Part shown: piece by piece, positions 25,401 to 39,390 of the stretch | Layout of the letters: each line of letters starts with the position of its first letter | Position numbering within the stretch: position 1 is the stretch's first letter | DNA from: Raillietiella orientalis | Lineage: Eukaryota | Length of the DNA stretch: 64,000 nucleotides | Assembly (NCBI GenBank): GCA_036172245.1 | Contig: JAYWIR010000017.1 | Location: forward strand, 3,720,001-3,784,000 | Direction: 5' to 3' | Translations under genes and position numbers: made by a program | The notes under the pieces: model-generated | Database searches by the model: none | The model's input: the letters and a program-made list of their open reading frames with translations, nothing else | What the model was told of the DNA's origin: nothing

Positions 25401-28400
25401 CATTCAAATGATCCACATCTCCATGCACGCACGATTGAGAGCAATAGACCAATGTCTACGTGTACTGTCATTTGGATGTAATCAACGATCACATAAATGA
25501 GGGGTTCCAAATCATCTACAGGGGCAACTGTGTTCTTTTTTTCTTTTTTTGCCAACCAAGCAATGCACAGCCTTTCGCGTGCATCCTTTAGAATGCGATA
25601 CTTCAAAACCTACCACTTGATATTTTAGAATCCCGTGTTTTCTCTTCTTCGGCTACAGCGTTAAGAAAGGATAAGGAAAGCTGAAAGGAAAACGAATTAT
25701 ATGAAATGTCACAATCCATCTTCAAATTGGGAAGATACCACTCATTCCATGATGAAAACTAATATTGTGATGTGACTATAGTGAAAGGATTGAGAAACTT
25801 TCGAGGGCAAACTCGAAATTCGAAAAAATATTACTTAAAGTAAAAGTAGGCTACGGAGAAAAAATGAACTCTGTAAGTCTTATTATTATTACTATTAAGG
25901 CAGCCATTTGACTTCCAATCATTTTCAGGTAAGCAATGACTTTAAGCAACATTTGAATAACGCAGTTGCTGTGTTATTCAAATGAATCTCCTTAATACGT
26001 CCGTTTTACTCTTACTCATATTAAATTCAGCAGTGACAAAAGTTGCATTGTACAGCATTAGAGTAGTAAATAAACACACACAGGCAAACTGCAAGCACAG
26101 TCGAATACAGTCAAAGCAGCACTCAGAGTGCAGCAGATCATGGAGAGAGATGCTGGACAGCACAGTGTCCATGTCCAGAACAAACGCCCACACATCGTTT
26201 CCGCTACCCCACTTTCCATATTCTAGTTGGTTGTTTTGCTTGGTTACCGTCAAAATGCAACATGACGACGACGATGGTACAATGAGACAACTGAACAAAA
26301 TACAAACGAAGGAAAAATGAAAGATGAATTTGATTTTTTGTTTTTTTTTTGGGGGGGGGGGAATCAGTCTATACTATTCTAACCTAGCGTTCTCGAGTCG
26401 AAGAGGGGGAAGGCGTCAATGGAAAGACAACCGCTGTTACAAAAGTTTAACACTTTGATTCAATTCGAGAAACTTGCTTTTTTTTTCATACGCTTATGGA
26501 TGCTGCTGGTGTTTTTCTGTTACTTGGAAACGCCACAACATCTGCCTCAAATGTATCGTATCCAAACATCAATAACCTTATTCAAGAAAAAAAAGAAAAT
26601 CTGAACGGGATACACTACGACACCACTTTTCTACTAAGGAAACTGTTGCTTTTTTTCGGCATGAATAATAGAGTTGTAGAATAAAAATGTTCCCCATCCA
26701 CTCGATTTTCAGTTTTACCTTAGCTGTACAAACCATCCACATTAGATTAAAGAAAACAAATACAACGAAAGCCATAATGTTCGCCATCTATCAAAACTCA
26801 ACATATTGGACAAATAAAAATCGGTTGATAGACATGAGAGAACAGAAAGAGGAAGAGAGAAGAGGAGAGAGAAATTCCCAGCTTGCAAAATGGCACGTTC
26901 TTCCTTCCAGACCTTGGAACCGGTTACTTGGTCACTCAACATCTTGCAGTTGTCAAGATGTCAAATTTCGTACTACAAGTCCGTGTTCGAAAACAAACAC
27001 TCTCGGTTAATCACAATTCCTTTTGCAAATTAATGGGCAAATCATCCCAAACCAATGATTAAAATACTTCTACTACATGATCTTCTACGTAAAACTTTTT
27101 ATTCATTAATATATTAAATCACTCCCTTTTGAAAAATATTGCATTATAATATACGCTATAACTGTATAAACATGGAATCACTTAAAATAGTGTTCTATTT
27201 TCTCGAGGATGACGTATTTCAGAAGTAGGTTATCACAACTAGGTGTAAATTCAATCCATGCCTAAATTGATACTTCATCCCACATTCCTTCATTTCATTT
27301 TTCCCTTTCTTTTCCTTTTTCTCTTTATCCATTTCCCTAAAACACATTTGTGATCAACTATGAATAATAATTACATTTTTTTTTTTTAAATAAAAAAAAA
27401 AAAATTTAAAAAACCTCTACACAAAATTCGAGATTCTTTTAGCTGAAGGTGTGCACTTCAATTCAAATGCCGCATTGGCAGCACTTCTCTGGAAAGGCCT
27501 CACACCTTTCAACTATTTTATAGTGCTTAAATAAAAGAGTCTGTTAACTGTCCAGCTGTTTCTAATTCTAGAAAAAAAAAAAAAAACAAGTCCGCGTAGT
27601 TTCAAGCACTTGGAGATATCCAAAATTCCAAACCCTAGATTTTCTTTCACATACATTACTGGATTTAGAACAATAACGACGTAAAGCGTATCATAATGTT
27701 GAAGGCATTCCATAGAATAATAGGGTTTGGAACTTTAGGCAACTCGTTTTTTAAGAATCTCGTTTTGACCTCTTACTGTTTTTGGCGCTGTTATTCGGTA
27801 CGCCTTCATAAAGGTATATACACGGCATCCATGTTTTCAGACAGCCATTCCGACAGCTAGTCCAGTAAACACCTTTAAATTAGCTAATTTCTTCGGATCA
27901 ATCGACTTGAACAACCTGTGGGCAGTGTGACAAACTGCACACAGCCGCGCCACGCACGTCCTCATTTACAAGAATGCACAATGCATACATTGAAAAAAAG
28001 AAGTGGCTGAGTACGAAAACATGAGCACTTGATTGTGCATCCGGATGCACTTTCAAAAAGGGTTACAGTGATAAAGCACGCTAAGGTTAAGATTACGTTT
28101 TACATAGCTTGGAGTCAACCCAATATTCCAAAACACTTGTGTGATCCATTCGCGGACGGTTGCTGGACTTATGCCATGGATTCGTCCCCTCAATCTTCAA
28201 CCTATTTAGGGAGGATACATTCGAAACGACCGCAAGGATTCCTGAATTTCTGAGAAATTCAAGAATGAAATTCATGTCAGAGAAATCAAAATACATGCCG
28301 AAATTTCTGGGGCAAAAACCGCCAAGATTGAAGGAGGGTAATATCCCTTCGAAGTTCCAATGACTTCGAATGGTCCACTGCCTTCATAAATGAAAATCAG

Positions 28401-30295
28401 CTATAGACAAATGAATGACATCAAGAAAGTTAAAAGTTGAGGAGTACAATGTCCTTTCAAAGCCCTTTGCAGTAACTGATCTTTGCTTAATCAACTAAAG
28501 CCCTGCTTCGTGAATTTCTTTTTTCTGGATTCCCATGCTTCCCAGAGAGAACACACGGTGTGAACAAACTTCTGCGGTAGGTCAATTTACTAGATTACCG
28601 CGGAATTCATTCATGGTTGGTTCACCCATCACGGAACCAATTCACTGATTACTTTACTCTCTACAGCTTCAGCAATCAATCATTCATAAAACTTCACGCC
28701 GTGCAGCGCTTATTGGAAAGGAAACTGACTGGAAGAGCAAACAGCACATAGGTAATAGTGGAGACTCTTCTAGAATTGGGTATCATGGAAATGCTAATTC
28801 TGTGAAACTTCTTCAGACTTTGTGAGATTGTTACATACTGAGATCAACAGTCAACAATCATGGTAACTGATCCTCACATGAAAAATTTTTAAACCTCTGT
28901 TTTTAATAAATATTATATTTGTCTGCTTTACACGAAATATGGACACAATAGATCATTTTTGTCACAATTCAGAAACACATAATTCGAATCTGATCAACTT
29001 CGCAAATCTTTTATGGTTGTGTATGTTCAATGCAATAGTGGAAATGTTAACAAAAGCAGTTCATGTAACATAAAAAGTGAATGCTTGCAATACTCAAAGG
29101 ACCTGTAACAAAAATCTTTAAAAAAAAATGATTTCATTGCTAAAACGAAACATGGCTTTCATTTCAAAGGGATGCATCTTCTAAACCCATTCCGAGTCTT
29201 TGAAATATCAGTTCCAAACTCTCTACAGCAGTGGACTCACAAGTGTGAATGCAGCCCACAAGGAAGACACCAAGGATATTAAGAGAAAAACAGGATGCTC
29301 TGGCAATGTGATATTGAAAGTGATCAAAACTTTATTTCCGAAAGATATTCCCACTTCCATATCCCACTATCACCACAAATAATTACACAATATATATTAC
29401 TTTTGGCCCAATATTCAAAAGATGCCCAGTTCTAAATCACTGAGAATCTGTAACCCATGTGGTTATATAGTAGTAAAATTGGTTACACACAATAGCTGTA
29501 TATTGAAAGCTGAATATAGTAAAATTTATACATCTCAAAATATCAGGAGTTAATTGCTGAATGTTATGCTTTGATTTCAGAAGCACTTCGTGCAAACCTA
29601 GTAACGGATAAAAACGAAAATGTATTCCTTTCAAAAAGGAGAAACTGAAAAAGTATTTCTTTTATTCACGGATGAATTTGAGAAGAGAGCACCATGAAAT
29701 CTTCAATAAACTGGGAAGCACCATCACAAATTGGAAATCACTGCTACACAATATACTCTATGATATCAGTTTATAAGCACAGTAATTAGTATGGAATAAT
29801 ACAGAACATTATTTAGACTACAAACTACATTTATTTATTTTCATCAACATAACTCGTGAAATGAATTGAAAATGCACAACTAAACACAAAGCCATATGTT
29901 GTATGCATCCTAACAGAAAAAAAAAAAAAAAAAATCAAACACAATTCTTACACATGACTCGCTAAGTTTTCTAGCTAAAAAGCAAATACAAGAAAAAATC
30001 ACACAATTCATACAATTAAAAATTAATATATGTAATTATTCAATATTATAACGAGTATACCATGATGATGTACTTCTTACTACATAGTAAATTAATTGCA
30101 ATCTATGTACACTATGAATGGATGAAAAACTGCAAGTTAATCATGGTTACTTAAATAAATTCCACAGTTAATCATATAAAGGAGCCAAAAACGGGTAAGT
30201 ATCCTTCACATAATAAATTAGAGCAATAAGATTGTTATGCTTCATAGTCTTCAATCAGGACCAAAAATTCTAACATGCAGATAATTTCCAATTAC

Positions 30296-32292
30296 CTAAT
30301 TAGAATCAGAGTCTTCTGATAATTGTAAATCTTCAGTCAACAGTTGCGTGGGCATAGAGAGGGCTTTCATCACAGGAGCACTTCTTGCTTGATCTGCAAA
30401 AAATAGATTCAAAATGAATATAGAAGCACAAGGTTTGCAAGATCTTTGGATAATAAATTCATGATTATATGTTAATTGGAGGCACCATCGATGTATCAAT
30501 AGAGCAATATTTTCAAATTCACAACCAATTCACTGTCATACGCAAAAATTGCTGATAATAATGTGACAAAAAGTATTAACCTATTTTTCAACTCATAAGT
30601 TACCTGAATTGGTTAGAATACTTTTAACTGTACATTTCTTATCATTAACTGGTGTTTTTTTTTTTTAACAGCATACCTATATATTATTATATGCACATTC
30701 ATAACAGCTACTCTTTCATTTATGCCTCTAGAATCTAAAAGTGATTTCTCATTTCAGTCTAATCTAACATCCACTACCCAATAAGTTTCTAAAAATAAAA
30801 TTACAACATTAAGAAGGGAATTCTTTTGCCAACTTTAGATAAATATAAACCAGAGTTTTCTTTAATCACAAAGAATGTAAGATTCAAATGGGTTTTTAAT
30901 AATGCCCCATTATATGAAGAACATTAAACAAAACCAAAACAAACTGCTGGGATTTAACAAAAAATTGCATGGCTTAAGACTTTCTTTTTCAAGAACCAGA
31001 AAATACACAATTATGAATGAATGAATGGCATATTCAAAGAATCTTTTATAACCACATTATTTTTTCTAACATTTAAACACTGCAAGAGAAGAAGCTGAAT
31101 AGACTGAATAACTAGCTGAAAAAAATTTAAAAGCTGCAATCCGACTTATTTGCAGATAAAGTCTTACTATTATTTGCTATGAAACAAATTAGCTGTACAG
31201 CTTATTGGTTCTGATTCTGACAATGAAAGCTACAGATTGATAACGACACAAAAACTTGAAATAAAGGCACTTTTCAACTATAGAATTGCATAAGCTTACT
31301 TTTCTTTTCCGATCCACAATTATTGTCCGAATCACTACAGTTTGAATCATTACTGACACTACTACTATCACTGGAAGAATCTAACATATATGAAACATTT
31401 GAGGGATGAGACTTCTGGAAACCAAAAATTACTGTTCGTTATTTTTTCTTTTCTTACTTCTTTTGATGTACTAAAAGAAGGAACAGATACACTATTTGCT
31501 GATATCTTTGATGTGGACTGCATTTTGTGAGAACTAAATCTCTTAGTTGGGGAATGTGCTTTTGAAATGCTGCCAGACATTGACTGTACGTTGGTGCCTG
31601 TTTTCTTCATAGAGGAGCTTTTCGCAGTACTTTTCACATTTGAAGTGATTTGAGAATGAGTTGGTGAAAGCTTGCAAACAGGTGAAACTTTAGATTTCTC
31701 AACTGGAGTAACAGGCCGAGAAGATAAACCTGGCTTAGAAGTTTTATCAACTCTAAAATAATGACAACATAATGTTTTTTCATTATATGAATTACCTGGT
31801 TTTTTTTAGCTGAATGTTTTGGCTCAATCTTTCCAATGTTGCAGTTCCATTTTTTTCTATGATTAAAACACAATCCTTGGGGCACTGTCTTTTCGAGCCT
31901 TTAAATATAGTATGGTGATTAGATTTACTAATCCCATCCACATTGGGAACAATGACTGAAACTTCATTATTCTCTCCCACATTGAGTGTTGCTGTCTTAT
32001 TGGAATCGATGCTTGCTGGTTTGAAGTCATCTACAAATTGGATTACCAGCTGAATTATTTTAAATATACACGAATTTGCAAACCGAAAATTTTAAGAAAG
32101 AGATTATGATTGCAAACATTCATAAGAAATAATTCATGCATGATTCCTGCATACTATGAATAAATCTGGCATAAAAATAAATATGCAGGACTTACACTTT
32201 AAAGTATGAAAGGTTGCGCTGTTGTTTGAAAAGAATGATGAACCCAACGTAAATTCTTTGAATCCTTTATCAAGGAACAGTTTTTCATTCAT
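30296..32292 (-). CDS. Eaf: ELL-associated factor (EAF1/2 family), about 279 aa. Exons 32292-32196, 32030-31796, 31752-31458, 31414-31300, (possible 30676-30604), 30393-30296
   Basis: Spliced translation MNEKLFLDKGFKEFTLGSSFFSNNSATFHTLKYDFKPASID...VSVIVPNVDG...TIFKGSKRQCPKDCVLIIEKNGTATLERLSQNIQLKKTR (EAF domain), a Ser-rich middle, and the C-terminal EDLQLSEDSDSN*. All introns are GT-AG and the frame is consistent (840 nt without the optional exon). Confidence 0.93.
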
Positions 32293-35200
32293 TCCGTCGG
32301 GGGTTATTTTGCTTTAATGGAATTCTATATTTGAAAAAAAATTTGAAAGTCCATGCACATCAGCGTTCATGATATTCGTAAAATCAACTAGATCCATAAA
32401 AACTCACTGGATTTAATATAATTCAATGTGCATCTTATGAAACGAACGCATTCTTCATACAAAAACTATAAAGCTTAGTGGACCTAACTTTTACAGCGAT
32501 CTTACATTGTAAAAAATGTCAACTTTCTGAACTCATAATTGTAATACTCGAACACCTGCAAATTACCACACTCATCAAAATCATGGGAACATTTTTTTCG
32601 GAAGAACAAACACGTAAAACCATGTTGAATAAAAAAGTGATCTAGGAGCACATAAAATCATAAGAAAAGTTTTCTAAATAGGTGATAAATTAAAACAAGT
32701 TTCATTTTTTAAATTGCTTGATTCAATTAGCTTATATATCTTATCCTAGTTTACTTGTTAAATATTGCATTTTGCAGACTAAGTAATGTGGTTCGTTTCA
32801 GAGAACGTGAGATGCACGAGTATTTATTTTTAAAGAAAATGTTATTCGAGTCCAGGAAAACTGAATAAGCAGTTGCAAAGTCGTGGCAGCTTTTACTAAA
32901 GGAATAGTGATGCAATCAACTCGAGATTTTGTTCCTTCTTCTGCAAAAAAAGAGGGATTTATGGTACACGTACAAAGCTCTAGAAAAATGGCAATAGGCA
33001 CGTAATCACCCGAAAATTAATTTTTAGAGATTTATAAAAACAGATCATAAAGGAAGGAACATTCTCTTTCAGCAATTTTTAAAACATAAAACTGAACTGT
33101 CGACTCATTTTCAATTAACTAAATCTGTTTTCATTTGCTACGCTGCTGCATTTCCTTCCTTACTGATCAGGGAGGACTCTTTTTTACTGAGCTCTTATTC
33201 TGGGTGAAGCCCCCATGAATACGAATTTCACCTGGGCAAACGTTGCATAACAAGGTGTTCTCGAAATTCAAAAGCATGCAATGCATTAGATGCTCTCTGT
33301 GTGTCCAACCGTGTTCCAAACAAGAAAATCCGTTTTTGGAGGATTTGTTCATCTAAAGAATTTGCTGACCTCTGATAAGTTACAATAACTGTAAAACACA
33401 TAGAATCTTAGAGATAATCATTAAAGAGCATATTGCTTAGAATAAATAATGGCCTAAAACATAATGAATTAATTTTAATGAATCATTAGCAAGTGACAGA
33501 GACGCTTATTCATAGTAAGTTGGGAGCAGAATGATTTCATCCTCTCAAAGATACCCGGGATCAGAGAGATGATGTGTTAATAAAAAATTCGCAGAAGTAT
33601 AGCTTTTCTAACATTGTATTAATAAAGAAAGAAGAGTGTTTCAAACAGGGTTCCTAAATCCAAAGCATGCGTTCAGGAACATTTAGAAACACTCTACATT
33701 CGTCTTTGACTTTGACTACATTATGTACTCCTTGGAAAAAAAAAAAAAAATCTCTAACCGTGACATTACTCTTAATCAATTCTTGAATCGTCAGTCATTA
33801 AAAATAATATAAACCTCCATTTCCTCAAGTACAAACAGTATCAGAAGCCATCTTTAAGCTTCTTTTTGCTTACTATGACACACCAAATGTAGAAAATCAA
33901 AGTTTCGGAAATTTATTTGCGATATTTCTTGAAAAACTGCTCTGTTGAATTTATTACTTATTTCGAAACTTATTTTGAACACTGAAGTAACGAAGTGGAA
34001 ACCGCAAAGTAAAAAAATATATACACATATACCATTCTGATTGTATGAATGGAACAGCATTACTATACAAGTGAGATGTGTCATCTGTGAATGTTCGTGA
34101 CTGCATTCTGGTGCAGAGTATTAATACTCTACTACTACGTATCCAAGAATAACTGAGATATGAAAGATTTTTTTTGGCATTCATATGCGATAAACTGAAC
34201 ACGTTGTGTATAGGTGGAGTTCACTGAAGACAGCTGAGAATGTTAGACTTGCCATGGAGGTGCAACAAATAGCAGTTATGGAATTCATAAATTCCTTTTG
34301 ATCTATAAAAAAAAAATTCTGATCAGCAGGTAAGCATAACGAAAACACTTGCAAGCTCTAAAATGGAAAATAAATAATCCCTTGAAGAAATAAATAATAA
34401 TAAAAGTTATCGTTGGGAAATAAACAATTCATATGAAGGGTGAATTACGAAGAATATATGATCAGAAAGAATAGAGAACATTGCTAATAGGGTATTATTC
34501 TATTGCTTATGGATGTAGACAAAAATTAAAGTATATTGTGTTATTTTCAAATAACCAATTCAGAAAGCAACATACATTTACTGGATTAGGAAATGACCAT
34601 GGAAACTGCCTAATTGAATATTTTTAGGTGAGCCGAAATCTCCATGATAGAAATGCAAAAGTATTATGGAAGATATGGAAAATCTTACATCACATATTAT
34701 TACACACGTAGGATTCGTTTCTGTGTAGACTGAGCTTCCAAAGCGTTATTGCCATCGAATCTCATCTATCAATATATATCAATGTTTTTCCCGTAGAAGG
34801 TGTTTTCCATTCTAACAAAGCATTAGTTGAAGACAGCGATTAAACAAATGCTAGGTTTAGTGATATTCATCAAAGATAGAATAAAACGCAATAATAACTT
34901 TATAATAGTTTATCTGAGAATCTCTGAATCGTATGTTTTTTTCTGTTTTTGCTTCTGTTTCCTTTATGTAAGGAAGATGGGTGAATAGCAAAGTTAATAA
35001 TAGCTTTACATGGGTTTCCTAAATCCTAGAAATCAGAAAACATGAAAAGAAAGAAGCAGATGCACTGTTATATATGCCTTTGATTTATCAGGAGATAAAG
35101 CCATTTAGGAAAATTGGATGCGCTCCAGAGAAGAACCACGACTTTGAAAGAAACGGCAGTTAGAAATGAAGTCTATTTTTCTGCGTTATCCCCATAATTT

Positions 35201-37249
35201 CTGGCAAAAGGTTGTGGATCTGAAACCTTGTTCCATTATATGAAACACTGGCTACATCGAAGGAACGAATTTCATTCATAAAACTCGAAAAATGTACTCT
35301 GACTAGCTCTGAAGCTTTGGATTTATTGGTATTCTTTATCGTCTCAAAATACCTGTAGTGCATTAGACAATTTTGTATCATGTTATCCAGTTTCTTGAAA
35401 TTCACTTTTTAGGGTTCTTATTTTCCCCTTTGCTATTCATTCTGTAGTAAATATAATTTATTGTGTCTTCGTCTCTCTGTGATGCTTCCGTATGAATACA
35501 TGCGTGCAAGAGAAGTGATTTAATACGAATCCGTACGTCTCTTAGATTGACAACTGCCACCACCGAATGAACGTAGAGCACTGGAAGCGTTGGTTTCTGC
35601 AATGAAGGACCCCTTGCAGTAGCAGGAGCAATTTTCTATATCTATCAACTTTATTAGTCAGTGTAAGCAATGTGCAAGCGAGCTGCAGGTTTGCTGCATA
35701 TTCGAATCATTCAAAAGCAGCTTCGGTTCAAATTTCGAACTGTAATTTACAAAAATGAGGTGAAATGTACCAAAAGAAAACTGAGCAAATATATCGTTGG
35801 AAGCAATCTAGAAACAACTCTCAAATTTTGGTAGCAAATAAATGGGTGTCCGGTCATTAAAAAAGTTCCGTATATTCTACACGTGTAACAAGACAAAGTT
35901 GCATCTAAAATCCATGGCAGGATTCCCACCTAACAACAAAGATATAAATAAAGTACAAAGAAGGAGAACTTCGGGAAGGAGCAAACGAAATTCAACCTTA
36001 TCCATCAATTGGAAAAAAAAGATTCAAATGCTGACTTGAATAACAGCGTACTTGTACTACATTTTAAATGGAAGGCGAAATCACATAAATCAGTGGTTAG
36101 GTGCCGACCGAAATTATTCCAATATTTGCTCTACAAGCAGAGAGGATAACTAGAGAGTGAGAGTAAGAGAAATGGGAAAAACTGTTGAGTCAATTACTTG
36201 CTCATCTCTGCGTATTACAGGTGTAGGGGATTTCATTTTGCGTGTGCTGCCATGGTTTCTCAAATCTTTGTATGATCAGACTTTGTAAGGCATTAGACAG
36301 TTTCGGATTATCATGACAGCATGATTATTAGTTGTCCCCTTCGGAGACAACCATGATTATTAGTTGACGCTCTACCATCTTCAGCTGGATAATTATTCTA
36401 ATATATAAAGCTGAATAATTTCTTTGCATGCTTGATTTAGAGTTTCTACACATTTTGCGAGAGGGAAAAAATAGTTTAGCTTGAATTCGTAAAAGTCGAT
36501 AATTGCGTTCCTTCTCTCCAGCCAAACAAATCTCTCGTTATTCGTTTTCATTGAAAAGTTGAGAATTCATGAGCTTTCGTTTCGTAAGGGTAGCTGTCTT
36601 CGGTTACCATTTAAACTCTCTCAAAAAACAGTGAAAATTGAACGACTAAGCCATTGTGGATTTTTTGAAGCGCAGATTGAATGTTGTGAGCAGGACTGAA
36701 TAGTGATCTAAAAGAAGAGAATCCCCTCCTATATGTACACATTTTCAGATGTTCCAAAGTAATTATAATGGGATTTGGTCATCCTGAGCAACAGAGCTCC
36801 CACTGAAAATTCAATGTAATGAACCACAGTCAAATATGGAAAATTTAGAACGATTTTCATGCCAAAGTTCTCACATTTGCCTAGGCACGGCTTATTCATC
36901 AATGACTCGGTGCTCTAATTATGGAGTTTCCCTCAGACAGAGCACGCTTGGTGATTTTCCCAGAAAATAGATTTAAACATTCCCATACCCTTAAATATTC
37001 TTCTGCATCATTCTTCGAGCATTCTTTTATTTTAGAAGAAAATAATTCAGTTCTCACACGTTTTAAAATCTGTATTCTTATCATTTATAAGCTTTTTCCC
37101 ATTCTTAATCCATTTTAGAATTAAAAGGAAAACGGAGAATCAAGTGTGACATGGTCTATTATGATAAATTTTTACTTTTCCACATTTCCTATCCATTACA
37201 TAGGTGTGGTCAAGAGGGAGTGTGTGGATAGTCACTACTTTCATTTTTC

Positions 37250-38115
37250 GTTCACTGTAGCTGAGCATTCCAAATACAAATGCGAGACACTTTCTTGCAT
37301 TCACACTCACAATTACTGTAATTAAACGGAGATGCAAAAACCTGTTTAATGAGCCTTGATTCTTAATCACGAAGAGCTGAATGGAAAAAAACAAAAAACA
37401 TATCAATGACGATTGCTTTTCGAAACCTTTTCGAAACACTGTGTGCCAAGAAATCCCAACTGCGGCCTACTAATGCACTTTCAGGTCGTGGTGTTTGACA
37501 GGCTTCATCCATTCTTCTGCCTCTTCGTTCTGGCTGTGTGGCAATAATTTCACGAAACCACGGAGTTTTCACAATACTATCAAACAGCCAGAATCATAAC
37601 TCTGTGCTTGCCTGTTGCGTTTGCAATGCGCATTTGTAAAATGGCATAAGATTTCAGTAGTCTTAATTTAGTTAATCATAATAAAGTGGTTCTAATTAAA
37701 CATCCAAGTGGGTTAATCACTAACATCATACAATCTTACATGTTCTCACAATTTGTCCGGGAAGATTTGGTCTTGTAGAACCACAGCACAAGAACGTAAA
37801 GGAAGCGGAACTCTTTTGTTTTAAGCAGCAATTTATTCACGGGGTCATTCTTTAGTGGCAACTTTCAATTCTGGTCTTAGGCATTTTGTCCTTGCTATGA
37901 AAACTTTGCTTCTTTGAAAACATTGCAACAGTTATTTCATAAGGCTCGTTCCGCAGGGGTGATTCTGGATTTATATCGCATATCGAACCGCCTGTAGTCA
38001 TTTTTAAAGTTGCGTTCCATCGAAATTCTGTTAAGGCTGGTTTGAGAGTTGATCCGTATGGGAGTTTTACATCCCACAATTTTCTGTGTTCTCGCAATCT
38101 CAAGAAATGAGACAT
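37250..38115 (-). mobile_element. hAT-superfamily transposase relic
   Basis: TLKPALTEFRWNATLKMT resembles the hAT 'TRWNSTxxML' motif and is followed by LRNEPYEITVAMFS (like LxPFxxAT..LS). A weak dimerisation-domain-like segment lies near 37250-37460. Fragmented; no TIRs identified. Confidence 0.45.
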
Positions 38116-39390
38116 GCAAGAGAATCTTTACATTAACTTGAGAGGATCTTGGAAATTGTTCTTTTACAAATAAATCACTTACTACATGTCAAAGAAAAGC
38201 AAGGAAGCTAACTAAATTACACACCAATACCATTTTAAACATTTATAGACAATGGTTAAATTCAATTACTTCTTGGCATTGTGTTTGCGTATGTACTACC
38301 TTCAATACCAATCATGAAGCACATATACATTTATTTAAATGTTGCTGGGAGAACTAATGCATCCCGACCAATGTTGCTTCGTATCGGAAAATTTTAATTC
38401 ATACTTATGATAAGAACTCTAAGATGACGTGTCTGATTTTCTAACATCCACAAGCATCACTGCTAATCAAAATTCCTTCTGGTAAGCATATGATGTTGGC
38501 CAGATCATTCTTATGAAAGAATTATAGACACCATGTAGTTTTCTACATGGTTTCTTATGCTATAATCATTAGCATTCCCAAATAACTCAATTAATTTGAA
38601 ACAAAAGGATTCTTTCTTTCAAATGGAAAAATCACCTGAATGTATTTATTCTAGTTTAAAAACTTTAACACATTGTTGGAATGTAATTTGAAGCGAACTT
38701 AAATTTACTTAAATCATAACTAAAAATTAATTCACTAAACTGCTATGCAATAAACCTATTATAGTCATGGTTTTCAAATGGTTTCAATATTGTATGTGTT
38801 TTGAAGTACCAAAAGCAATAATAAAATGAAATAATTTTGTTTTTACAAAAATAGGAGTTGCATTATGAAACACAAGTGGAATCCACAATGATGTAGTATG
38901 TAAAAATTTTAAATGGGACTTTTCAAAATGCTATGGGAAGCAACAAATACATGCTTGCACTAGCAGTTTTCATCAATCATGGCAGGTATGCTGACTTTGG
39001 TATTCTGTTGCGTTAATAACAAAGTGACATGCGAATGCAAATGCTATTCAATGAAGGTAAATCTTCTTTCTTTGAATACTCTTACATAATAACAATGAAA
39101 TATTTAAATTGTATTATTGTATCTGTTTTCAAAAACATGCAAGTTATGCACTTTACAATAAGGTGGTAAGCCACCAAATATTACAATTTCCAAATTCATG
39201 CATCCAAGCTAATAGAAAAATTAACCAAAAACTTGTTCTCTAAACAAATTAGGATGAATACAGAATCAAGAAAAAAACTTTTGCTGTTCCTCCTATAATT
39301 AGTTATCTTTCAAGATGAACATCATTAAGCAATTTCAGCATCTCTCAATGATCAATTTTTACATTTAATTAATTCCAAGATCTGTCTAAC

